DNA of 25,642 nucleotides. Origin: Octopus sinensis (Eukaryota). The stretch is taken from positions 1 through 25,642 of the forward strand of contig NW_021836060.1 in assembly GCF_006345805.1 (NCBI RefSeq). The letters run 5' to 3'. The notes under the pieces were generated by a model. That model did no database searches. It saw only the letters and a program-made list of their open reading frames with translations, and was not told the origin of the DNA. Positions 11,695 through 21,712 of the stretch are shown in pieces (the stretch's first letter is position 1; each line of letters begins with the position of its first letter). A program made the position numbers and the translations under genes.

Positions 11695-11900
11695 GTGTGT
11701 GTGTGTGTGTTTATCGCCCATCACTACTTGAGAACCGGTACTGGTGTATTTACATCACCCCGACTTAACTGTTCGGCAAAAGAGACCAATAGAATAAGGA
11801 CTAGGCAAAAAAAAAGTACCGCGGTTGATTTGTTCAACTTGAATTCTTTAAGACAGTGCCCCAGCATGGCCACAGTCTAATGACTGAAGCAAGTAAAAAA
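11195..11900 (+). mobile_element. Old SINE family B copy split by an inverted family A tail (about 11356-11615)
   Basis: Head 11195-11355 and tail 11700-11900 are colinear with family B; the insert starts with (CAT)n and carries a ~28-bp internal duplication. Confidence 0.8.
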
Positions 11901-11904
11901 TGTG

Positions 11905-12045
11905 GACGTAACGCTTCCCAACCACATGGTTCTGGGTTCAGTCCCACTGTGTGGCACCTTGAGCAAGTGTCCATTACTATAGCCTCAGGGCGACCAAAGC
12001 TTCTGAACGGATTTGGTAGACGGAAACTAAAAGAAGCCCATTGTA
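11905..12045 (+). mobile_element. SINE family B head fragment
   Basis: CCAACCACATGGTTCTGGGTTCAGTCCCACTG...GACGGAAACTAAAAGAAGCCC. Confidence 0.85.
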
Positions 12046-12052
12046 TACATAC

Positions 12053-12183
12053 ATAGTGATTGCTCTATCTTCACAGATAATTCTGCTTCCTCGTTGTCAA
12101 TGGTATTTCTGATAATCCATCCATGACCTCTCAGAGGAATATTTGGTCCCATTGTCAGTCTGCATGGTTTGAAGCATAAGTGC
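12053..12183 (-). CDS. Candidate coding exon D (HLCFKPCRLTMGPNIPLRGHGWIIRNTIDNEEAELSVKIEQSL)
   Basis: Acceptor AACTTTCATCAG and donor AT|GTATGT; 131 nt with 43 open codons in unique sequence; an in-frame TAA lies just upstream of the acceptor. Confidence 0.25.
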
Positions 12184-12301
12184 CTGATGAAAGTTGTGAC
12201 TTACTGTGTTGGGTCTGCATACGTGGTCACTCCGGTAAATGAGGTCACCATAAAGATATATCGACATGGCCATCTTCCTCTTTTTCTCTCCGTCTCTGTC
12301 T

Positions 12302-12362
<61 letters not shown>

Positions 12363-12467
12363 CAGAGAGATATACATATATATATATAATATATATAAAT
12401 ATATGCATATGTACATATATATATATATATATATTGATCAAAATAAAAACATGATGCGAAGGATTCA

Positions 12468-12545
12468 GCGGTACATATGTTTCGGGCCTTTATTAGACAG
12501 ATTTATAACAATGCATAATGTATGTCTGTGGCCTTCTTCAGCCGC
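12468..12545 (-). ncRNA. Type I hammerhead ribozyme (left arm)
   Basis: GCGG-CTGAAGA-AGGCC...GGCCC-GAAA-CATATG-TA-CCGC. Helix I GCGG/CCGC, helix II 4 bp beyond an A10.1.C11.1 mismatch, palindromic helix III, GUA site. Confidence 0.85.
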
Positions 12546-14190
12546 GCACAACAGCTTCCACAAGGACATGTGTTACAAATCAAAAATTCTTGGTTGGGGA
12601 TGCAAATCCTCTCATTCGCGTACGACATAATGCGGCAGCAGCATAGAATTGAAGCGTCCATCTCTTTTTCTTCTCAATGTAGAATGAGGAAATTTGGATG
12701 TTGAAGTAATGTAAATAAATAAATACATATATAGAGACGTGAAGATGGAGGGGCGAGAATTCAGGACGAGGGATAAAAAATGTATAAAAAGTGTAAGTAT
12801 AGAAAAATATAAAAATGTAGAGTATAAAGATATAAAGGGATATAAGGAGATGTAAGGGGGTATAAAGAATATAAAGAATATAAAGAAATAATAAATGTAA
12901 AGGCATAAGGTTATAAAGTAAAAATAGAAATAGAAATAAAAGTAAAAAGTAAAAAAATAAAATAGGAATAAACATGATAAAATGAAAAAAAATATAAAGA
13001 TAAGGGATGTATAGAGGTTACGGACCAAACATGGTGGTCAGGAGATTGATAATTTAGTTGTAGAAGTTTTGGGTGTCAATAATCAACAGGGTCGTCTGGG
13101 GACCTAGTGTGTTGTAAATCAGAGCTGTTGAGCGTTTAATCTAGTTCTTTGAATTAATTGGTCATCTTGTACATACATACCATCATGGATACATACACCC
13201 ATATACACGCGCACATATACGCGCGCATACACGGCTCCAAGCCTATAAGCATACACACGCACTCACGTGTAAACATGTACATAAACACACATACACCCAC
13301 ACGTACGCGCGTACATATACATACATACAACAGAATATCCGCATGTATACACGGACATTATACGTGTGCACACGTATAATGTCCGTGCACACGTATAATG
13401 TCCGTGTATACATGCGGATATTCTGTTGTATGTATGTATATGTACGCGCGTGCGTGTGGTGTGTGTGTGTTTATGTACATGTTTACACGCGAGTGCGTGT
13501 GTATGCTTATAGGCTTGGAGGCTATATGTACGCGTGTTATATGGGTGTATGTATCCATGATGGTATGTATGTACTAGATGACCAATTAATTCAAAGAACC
13601 AGATTAAACGCCCAACAGCTCTGATTTACAACACATTAGGTCCCCAGACGAAACTGTTGATTTATTGACACCCAAAACTTCTACAACTAAATTTATCAAT
13701 CTCCTGACCACCATGTTTGGTCCGTAACCTCTATACATCCCTTATCTTTATATTTTTTTCATTTTTATCATGTTTATTCCTATTTTATTTTTTTACTTTT
13801 TACTTTTATTTCTATTTCTATTTTTACTTTATAACCTTATGCCTTTACATTTATTTATATTCTTTATATTCTTTATACCCCCTTTACATCTCCTTATATC
13901 CCTTTATATCTTTATACTCTACATTTTTATATTTTTCTATACTTACACTTTTTATACATTTTTTATCCTCGTCCTGAATTCTCGCCCCTCCATCTTCACG
14001 TCTATATATGTATTTATTTATTTACATATACTTCAACATCCAAATTTCCTCATTCTACATTGAGAGAAGAAAGATATGGACGCTTCAATTCTATGCTGCT
14101 GCCGCATTATGTCGTACGCGAATGAGAGGATTTGCATCCCCAACCAAGAATTTTTGATTGTAACACATGTCCTTGTGGAAGCTGTTGTGC

Positions 14191-14267
14191 GCGGCTGAAG
14201 AAGGCCACAGACATACATTATGCATTGTTATAAAATTGTCTAATAAAGCCCGAAACATATGTACCGC
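14191..14267 (+). ncRNA. Type I hammerhead ribozyme (right arm)
   Basis: CTGAAGA 14195-14201, GAAA 14252-14255, CATATG 14256-14261, GUA 14261-14263, CCGC 14264-14267. Helix II is one G shorter than in the left arm. Confidence 0.82.
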
Positions 14268-14449
14268 TGAATCCTTCGCATCATGTTTTTATTTTGATCA
14301 ATTTACTCCACCACCTACACCACCAAACGGTATACACAGGTGCTTATAATTATCAAGTACTCACCCCGAATTTCTATATATATATATATTATATTATATA
14401 TATATATATTATATATATATATATAATAATATATATATAACATACACCT

Positions 14450-15085
14450 ACATATATATGTATATATACATGCAAATATGGGTACAGGACATAAAAAAAA
14501 CGAGACAGAATGAGAAATGAGAACATAAAAAACAAAAACATAGAAAACGAACTTTCCTTCGAACAATGAAAACAAACAAACAGAGAAACATTCCCTTCAT
14601 CAGTTGTGCTCTGTTTTATCTACTCCGCCTTTCGAAGGTAAGGACAAGACGCGACTTCGTTAAAACAGTCCTTCCCGCAAAGTAAATTAAATAAAATTTG
14701 TGATTTTTTGCTGGGGGTGAAAGCGTAACTAAAACAGGACAGTGAAAACAAAACAGTAAAAGCAAACGGTGAAGGCTGTTAAGCCAAGACGATGTGAAGT
14801 GCTGAACGCTGAAGAAACGAGCTTTGAGAAGAGACAGATAAAAGCACGTCCTGTCTTTGGGAAGGAAGTGGAAGAAAGAATGGTCATAATCACATGAGAG
14901 CAACGGGAGAGTCGAGGAGGAAGAGTGAGAGAGAGAGAGGGAACGGTGAAGGGGAGATGAGATGAATAGGAAAAGGGTGGGAGAGAAAAACAAAGGAAGA
15001 ACAAGAGAGGGAGATAAATAGACAGAAAAGAGATAGAATAAATGTGCGCATCTTACTTGGAAAAGGATGCGATGCGTTCGATCAT
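14450..15085 (-). mobile_element. Unclassified ~650-bp interspersed repeat, family C (copy 1)
   Basis: Reverse complement shares GCATCC.TTTCCAAGTAAG, CCTTCGAA, AACTGATGAAGGG and GTACCCATAT.TGCATG in the same order as 20875-21535; flanked by (TA)n. Confidence 0.7.
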
Positions 15086-15322
15086 ATAATAATATAAATA
15101 ATATATAAATTATATATATATATATATATAATACACATAAGAAAATGGAGAAACAATTTAATTGGTCCATCAGCTTTCAGATATTACAATGTTGACTTAT
15201 GTATTTATTTAACAAAAACGAGAACCTTAATAACATACATATATACATTATAATTCAATACATATAAGATAAGAATACAATTTTAAAAATCTTAATATAA
15301 ACAATTGAAATCATTAAAATCA

Positions 15323-15447
15323 CTCTTACAGCTGTTTCAGCCTATGAAAAAAAGTAATTTTTTAAGTGCCTATAGGTGTCAATTATATTGAGGTTGTAGG
15401 CATTTAAAAATAGGGTACTTGTATATAGCCATAGGCCTCGTCAGAGA
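15323..15447 (-). ncRNA. Type I hammerhead ribozyme with a long structured loop II
   Basis: TCT-CTGACGA-GGCCTATG...CATAGGCT-GAAA-CAGCTG-TA-AGA. Helix II 8 bp, helix I 3 bp, palindromic helix III. Confidence 0.85.
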
Positions 15448-15499
15448 TTATAAAGAACTTTCAAAATATAAATACATGATACAGGATACACGTACAATT

Positions 15500-15529
15500 T
15501 AATATATATAAATATAAACAAATATCCAT

Positions 15530-15579
<50 letters not shown>

Positions 15580-15857
15580 GCATAAGCAAAGTATATACAC
15601 CTTTACATGAGTATAAATACATAAATAAGCACAATTAAATAATAGGTCCAAGCAAATAGACCATTCGTCATATACATATATATACATATATACCGGAACA
15701 TATACATACATGCATGCATACATCCATCATGCATACATACATACATACATACATACAAACATATACATATAAACATAATACATACATACATACGTACGTA
15801 CATACATACATACATACATAATACATACATACATACATACATACATACATACATACA

Positions 15858-15891
<34 letters not shown>

Positions 15892-15920
15892 GTGGTGTGT
15901 GTGTGTGTGTGTGTGTGTGT
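15500..15920. repeat. (CA)n/(TACA)n/(TG)n microsatellites
   Basis: Direct reading. Confidence 0.95.
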
Positions 15921-16023
15921 GCCATCTCTACAATTGGTTACTTATATTTAAAGTAAGTGCAAGTCAATGCCGTTACCCATGCCCAGCGTAGCATAGTATA
16001 TGATACCGGTAGTAAGAACGGAA

Positions 16024-16086
<63 letters not shown>

Positions 16087-16470
16087 TAAGCAGAGTTAGC
16101 GATTGGAATGACTGTCTAAGGGATAAGAATATCTGTTCTTACAACCTATTTCTTTACTACCCACAAGGGGCTAAACACAGATTGTACAAACAAGGACAGA
16201 CAAACGGATTAAGTCGATTACATCGACCCCAGTGCGTAACTGGTACTTATTTAATCGACCCCGACAGGGTGAAAGGCAAAGTCGACCTCGGCGGAATTTG
16301 AACTCAGAACGTAACGGCAGACGAAATACCGCTAAGTATTCGCCCGACGTGCTAACGATTCTGCCAGCTCGCCGCCTTGTTCTTACAACCGATACCATAT
16401 ACCCTGGGCATGGGTAACGGTTTTAACATGCACTTGGTTTAAATATAACTGACCAATTGTAGAGATGGCA
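15921..16470. repeat. ~100-bp imperfect inverted repeat pair around (TA)n and a SINE
   Basis: GCCATCTCTACAATTGGT...CCGTTACCCATGCCCAG...GTAAGA at 15921-16017 is inverted at 16381-16470. Confidence 0.9.
16147..16377 (-). mobile_element. Full-length tRNA-derived SINE, family D, with a 13-bp TSD
   Basis: Reverse complement of the 4818 monomer, with A and B boxes; TSD TGTTCTTACAACC at 16134-16146 and 16378-16390. Confidence 0.95.
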
Positions 16471-16821
16471 GGACTTTGGTCTATTCCATTACGGACAACA
16501 GGTGTTTGGTCTCTAGAACATTTCAGTAAGTACACCATTATAAAAACTCTACGGGTTTGGCTCTGGATAAATATTAATTAGCTCTCTTTACGAAATCATA
16601 AGTACTATTCGTTTTCTAGAGATATTAGTGATACCTGCTAGTTTTATCATACTACCGTTTATACACTCTGAAACCATTACCTAAAGAGATGACCCATAAA
16701 TTATTTCTCTAGTTAATTTGCTAGTTCACTCTTTTGCATATCGACTTCAAGCCTCACACTGAGCCTTCTGGCCTCATCTCGAGGTTGAGTTCTTTCCTCT
16801 AACTCTTCTCTTCGTTTATTT

Positions 16822-16861
<40 letters not shown>

Positions 16862-16872
16862 TATATATATAT

Positions 16873-17310
16873 AGGAAAAAAGCAACAAGAATGGATTAAA
16901 ATCTCGGTACGATCGTTTCGTACGAGGACATCTTTAATAAGCTACAAAAAATGCAGTGAATACAGATGGCTCGTACTCGTCAGCCGAAAAAATATCAGAG
17001 AATTCCCAAACATCAAAAGGGGTAGATACAAAAGAGGTTGTAAGATTAACTGCATTGAAGAAAGTTCGATTCATGGAGATCCGATGAAAGGTTTTAAACC
17101 TATAGAATTTATGCATGTCTACATATAGCTCATATTGAATATTGATCAAGTTGTATGAAGAAATTTTCGGATACAGTCATGCAAAATTCTGAAAATCCGA
17201 GTAAGAGGCAAAGTGACTGCCACATCATGTAGAGGAAAGTCTGAGTAAAAACATAGTAACTGTCATATCGTGTAGAAGAACAGATTGCTATTGAAATTTA
17301 CAAGAATCGC

Positions 17311-17325
<15 letters not shown>
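16873..17325 (-). mobile_element. ~450-bp HHR-bearing module between two (TA)n tracts (probable PLE end)
   Basis: Bounded by pure TA repeats on both sides; the HHR lies about 30 nt from its 3' end. Confidence 0.65.
16903..16988 (-). ncRNA. Type I hammerhead ribozyme with a canonical core
   Basis: TTCGG-CTGACGA-GTACGAG...CTCGTAC-GAAA-CGATCG-TA-CCGAG. Perfect 7-bp helix II with G10.1-C11.1, 5-bp helix I, GUA site. Confidence 0.93.
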
Positions 17326-17347
<22 letters not shown>

Positions 17348-17350
17348 ATT

Positions 17351-17471
17351 CACTCTGATGAAGCTCTACGTACTAGATTGAATGTGCTATAAAGATGGCG
17401 CGAATACTATCGTCGGAATTTTCTTCGTAAGCATCGATTGGCATCGGCAGCCGAAACGGCCGTAAGAAGTG
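17351..17471 (+). ncRNA. Type I hammerhead ribozyme on a ~150-bp module between (TA)n tracts
   Basis: CACT-CTGATGA-AGCT...AGCC-GAAA-CGGCCG-TA-AGAAGTG. A10.1.C11.1 mismatch then 3 bp; palindromic helix III; helix I imperfect. Confidence 0.75.
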
Positions 17472-17494
17472 TTGTGTAATGTTTTGTACTTAAA

Positions 17495-17536
<42 letters not shown>

Positions 17537-17537
17537 T

Positions 17538-17572
<35 letters not shown>

Positions 17573-17574
17573 GC

Positions 17575-17685
17575 CATCATCATTTAACATCCAGCCTCCT
17601 ATACTTCCATGAGTGAGACAGGTTCTGTTGAGGCAGATTCTGCCGGACCCATGAAAGCCTGGAAAAGTAGACGTTAAATCATGAT
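17575..17685. mobile_element. Two opposed family A tail fragments
   Basis: CATCATCATTTAACATCC (minus-strand tail) and GGAAAAGTAGACGTTAAATCATGAT (plus-strand tail). Confidence 0.55.
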
Positions 17686-18589
17686 AATATATATCCACTC
17701 TGTTAAATCTATAGAATATTCAAATTATATTCGCATAAAGACCTATAACTATACTACACACACGCGCACGCGCAAACATGTTTCTATATGTTTTCCTCTT
17801 CAATTTGGCCCCTTTCACCATTCATTTTGCTAATTAATTAATGTCCGCCATGACTACAATTTTTTGTCCACTCCAACATTCAACTTTGCAAAGTGTTTTG
17901 TGCTGCCTTTCAGTTCGTTGATTGGCAGCAGTTTTTAATAAATTTCTAATCAACTCTTCATTAACTTCTAAATGAAATATTGTACAAGTTCTAAAGTCTC
18001 CAACACTCAATAAATTTGTTACCTTCTCCAATTTTTTTCTCCATTCCAAATTGACCCACTCCATCTTATTTTCATTTTGCAATTTTATTCTCCCTAAACA
18101 TCTCTTATTCTCTTATTCTCACTAACTCTTTCTTATCCTTTTCCTTATTCTCCCTAACTCACTTTTACTCACTTCCTTATTCTCCCTAACTCTCTTTTAC
18201 TCTTTCTGAATACACACATACATATATGTATGTATGTGTATGTATACATATATATATATACGCACACACATACCACATACATATATACATTACATACAAA
18301 CATACATGCACACATACACGTCTTTTAATTTCTCCTTCCTTCTCCTTTTCTTACTGTCCCTCTTCATCTTTGTTCAATTTACACTTTTGTTTGTTATTGA
18401 AATTCCATTTGAATTCATCAGCAAAAATAATTTTTATTAGTTTTAATGTTTTCATTAAGTTTTTTTTTAATTTTATCTTCTAAATTTTGATGGAAAATAA
18501 TTTCTTCTCTCCTTCGTTCTTCCCTTCCTTTTTCCATCCTCTATCTTACTTTTCTACTTTATCACACTCCTTCTTTATCTACCTTCTTA

Positions 18590-18947
18590 TTCTTCTCATC
18601 CTTCTCTTCCTTCTTTGTCATCGTCTTCTGCTCCTCCTCTTCTTCCTCCTCTGTCTCTTCCTTATTCTTCTTTTTTCCTCCCCACCCTCGTCCTCTTCCT
18701 CATTCTCCTTAATCACCATCATCTTTTTCTTCTTCTTCTTCATCTTCTTCTTCTTCTTCATCTTCTTCTCCTCCTCCACTTGCTTCTTCTTCGTTTTCAT
18801 CCCCTTCTTCTTCCTCCTCTTCTTCTTCCTCTACTTCTTCTCCCTCTTCTTCTTCTCCTTATTCTCCTTCTTCTTCTTCTCCTTCTTCTTCATTTCTTCG
18901 TTTTCTTCTCCTCCTCCCCCTTCTTCTTCTTCTCTTCTTCTTCTTCT
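18590..18947. repeat. (CTT/CCT)n trinucleotide field
   Basis: Direct reading; abuts the 5' truncation point of the LINE. Confidence 0.95.
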
Positions 18948-20252
18948 ATCTATGAAGCAGATAGAAGAGACGGGTTATAAGTACTTGGGGGTTTTGGAAA
19001 TGGATAAATTGATGGAGAAAGAAATGACAGAAAAATTTAAGGTGTACTTGCGCAGAATGAAACTGATCCTTAAGTCGAAATTAAACGGACGGAGTAATCT
19101 CGAAGCTATCACCACCTGGGCGGTTTCACTCCTTAGATATGGAGCAGGGGTAATTGTATGGGCGGTAGACGAAGTAACAGCTTAGACAGAAAGACAAGGA
19201 ATTTGCTAACTAGATATAGGTCACTCCAACCAAAGTGTGACAGAGACAGACTGTATGTACCAAGAAAAAGAGGGGGAAAGGACTTATTGGATGCGAACAC
19301 AGCATTAGAGCAGAAGAAAGCAACATAGCATGGTATGTAAAAAATGCCACAGAACCGCTATTGTTAAAAGTAAGAAGGTCAGGGATAAAAGATTGCAAAG
19401 ATAAAGCACTATACAGGCAATTGAAAACAAATGAAACTGAAAATAGGTGGGTAAAGAAAAGAATGCGTGGATTATTTCATAGGGATGTTGAAAATAAGAC
19501 AGACAGAGAAAAAAGATGCCTGTGGATGATTAAATGTGATTTTAAACCGAAAACGAAGGCTCTAATCTGTGCTGCCCAAGAGCAAGCACTAAGAGCAAAC
19601 TACATAAAATACAGAGTAGACAACACATCAGAAAGTGATAAGTGCAGAAACTATGGACAAAATTGTGAAACCGCATGGCATATTACCAACCAATGTACGC
19701 CACTAGCCCAGGAGGAATATAAGAGACGTCCCGACAATACCGCTGGGCTTGTCCATTGGACACTTTGCAACAAGCATGGACTCGACAGAGCAAAAAACCA
19801 CAAACCTGAAGGCGTTGTCGATAATAGAAATTCAAAAATCCTATAGGATTTTATGATTCAGTGTGACCATGAGATTGAGAATAGGAAGCCAGACATAGTC
19901 TTAATTGAGAAAGAACACAAACGATGCTGGATCATAGACATAGCATGTCCAGCTGACAACAAGGTATGCGATAAGGAAGAAAGAAAAGTCGAGAGATATG
20001 ACAGGTTAGCTTGGGAAGTTAAGCAGTTCTGGTCGATGAAAAAGGTAGCAGTAGTACGAATAATCATCGGAGCCCTGGGAACAGTGAGCAAAAATCTCGA
20101 AAAGTACGTGGAACAAATAGGGACTGCTTGGAACCGCTCGAATACTCCGGAATGTGCTCGAAAAACAAGAGGTTACCTTAGTTACCTTAGTTCACTGGTA
20201 GAAAACAGCTGGCACCGTAGTACATCTCTAGCGTTAGAAGCTGTCCAAAGGC
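18948..20252 (+). mobile_element. 5'-truncated, decayed R4/Dong-clade non-LTR retrotransposon (RT C-terminus/thumb, CCHC knuckle, restriction-like endonuclease)
   Basis: Stitched translation: YKYLGVLE, AITTWAVSLLRYGAG, DRLYVPRKRGG(R)GL, ALICAAQEQALRAN, CRNYGQNCETAWHITNQC, RKPDIVL...IIDIACPAD...KEERK, IIIGALG, LLGTARILRNVLE. Frameshifts near 19180, 19280 and 20120, and a TAG at 19844 (likely from TGG). Confidence 0.9.
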
Positions 20253-20324
<72 letters not shown>

Positions 20325-20338
20325 CAATAATAATAATA
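20253..20338 (+). repeat. (AAT)n tail or target of the R4/Dong element
   Basis: Pure AAT array directly after the short 3' UTR. Confidence 0.95.
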
Positions 20339-20391
20339 GTTGTAAGTGTAAGACTAATAGATGTAAGTGTTCCCACTAAGAACTTTAAAGA

Positions 20392-20490
20392 AGTACCAGT
20401 TACGCACTGGAGTCGATGTAATCGACTTAATCCCTCCCTCCAAATATGAGGCTTTGTGCTTCCAGTAGGAAGAATTATTATTATCATCAT
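20392..20490 (+). mobile_element. SINE 3' fragment related to family D, with an (ATT)n tail
   Basis: AAGTACCAGTTACGCACTGGAGTCGATGTAATCGACTTAATCC is nearly identical to family D but is followed by a different tail. Confidence 0.75.
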
Positions 20491-20679
20491 TATATATTTT
20501 TAATCTGCATGTTTGTTGCAATCACTTGCCGAGACACATCCAACATCCTAGGGTGAGTGAAGGATAAGAAATAATACTGTATGACTGGAAACTTGGGGGA
20601 GGGAAGTGGCAGGGGAAGTGGCGAAATATCTTCATGTAATAGATCCACGTGAATTATGTTCCACGTCTCTTATATTATC

Positions 20680-20830
20680 AGCACCGGTGCATTTATGCAG
20701 CACCAACGTGAATGCATTTTACGTGCCACTGGTATGGGTGCATTTATGTAGTACCAACATGAGTGCATTTTATGTGGCACCAGCACCTGTAAAGGACATG
20801 GCTGTATGTATGGATGACAGTGATTCCACT
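20680..20830 (-). mobile_element. Degenerate family A body fragment with ~45-bp internal repeats
   Basis: GTGCATTTTATGTGGCACCAGCAC-like units resemble the reverse of the family A AAAAGCAC segment. Confidence 0.5.
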
Positions 20831-20839
20831 TAGCTTGAC

Positions 20840-20874
<35 letters not shown>

Positions 20875-20879
<5 letters not shown>

Positions 20880-21535
20880 GCATCCATTTCCAAGTAAGTT
20901 TACCTTAATCCTTTTGGTGCGACTCTACCTTACACTGTTCTCTCCCACCATCGTTTTTTCGTTCATCCTTTCTCTAATTCCATTTTTCTTCCCTTCACCG
21001 TTTTCTATCTGTCTCTTTCTCCCCCTCCTTCTCCTTTACTGTCTTTTGTTGCTCACACGTGGCCATCGTCCATCTTTCTTTTCCTCGTGTGATCATCTTT
21101 CTTTTCTTTCATGGCTGACCTAGAGACTGGATGTATCCTATCTATCTCTCTCTTCTATTTTTCTCTTGTCAAAGAAAATATTTCTCCAGCGTTCACTATT
21201 TTACTGTCATTCTAGTCTAACGACCCTCTATGTTTGTTTTCGTTCAGTTTCCTTGTATGTCTCCACTGTCCTGTTTTCGTTCCAAACTTTGACCCTCCAT
21301 AAATCCCAAATTGTATTTTTTTATGGGAGCAACTGCCTTCGAATACTCATAGTATCGTTCAATGCCCAAAATGAGGAATAGATAGGCAGCCGATAACTGA
21401 TGAAGGGTCGTTCTTTACGTTACTTGTCCTGTTTTCCATTTGTTTCTCTTGTTTGTGTATTCAACTCATTTGTTTCCGTATTTCATGTTGTTTACTGTTT
21501 GTGACGTCATGTACCCATATATGCATGTGTGCATA
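20875..21535 (+). mobile_element. Unclassified ~650-bp interspersed repeat, family C (copy 2)
   Basis: Colinear with the reverse complement of 14450-15085; (TA)n on both sides. Confidence 0.7.
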
Positions 21536-21632
<97 letters not shown>

Positions 21633-21671
21633 AAAAGAAGTGGAAAACGCCACTATATGATAAATTTTAAA

Positions 21672-21712
21672 TTTACATGTTTCGGTTCTTGAAATAACGA
21701 ACCTTATCAAAA
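21672..21712 (-). ncRNA. Minimal hammerhead with a U3-A8 compensatory core
   Basis: TT-TTGATAA-GGTTC-GTTATTTCAA-GAACC-GAAA-CATG-TA-AA. Perfect 5-bp helix II and palindromic helix III; helix I is weak (A-U pairs only). Confidence 0.7.

Larger units (their letters stand above)
12433..14302. repeat. 1.87-kb fold-back palindrome of two head-to-head PLE-like ends
   Basis: ATTGATCAAAATAAAAAC... at 12433 is the reverse complement of ...GTTTTTATTTTGATCAAT ending 14302. The centre is TGTGCACA at 13365-13372 with a 19-bp tandem duplication. The arms differ by scattered substitutions and indels. Confidence 0.97.

Noticed and set aside
12082-12234. Plus-strand exon-like segment with good acceptor (TTCACAG) and donor (CCG|GTAAAT)
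   Set aside because: All three frames contain stops.
13564-13624. VLDDQLIQRTRLNAQQL* as the C-terminus of a GIY-YIG ORF in the palindrome arms
   Set aside because: Too short to support; only a loose resemblance to the ..I.....LN end motif.
17834-18082. Minus ORF (EWRKKLEK...EVNEELIRNLLKTAAN) as a LINE RT remnant or host exon
   Set aside because: Only a vague resemblance to the pre-RT region, with no diagnostic motif and no good donor site.
21398-21425. CTGATGAAGGG half-cores in family C (also 14595-14605 on minus) and CTGATGAAAG at 12184
   Set aside because: No properly placed helix II, GAAA or helix III, so they were not called hammerheads.
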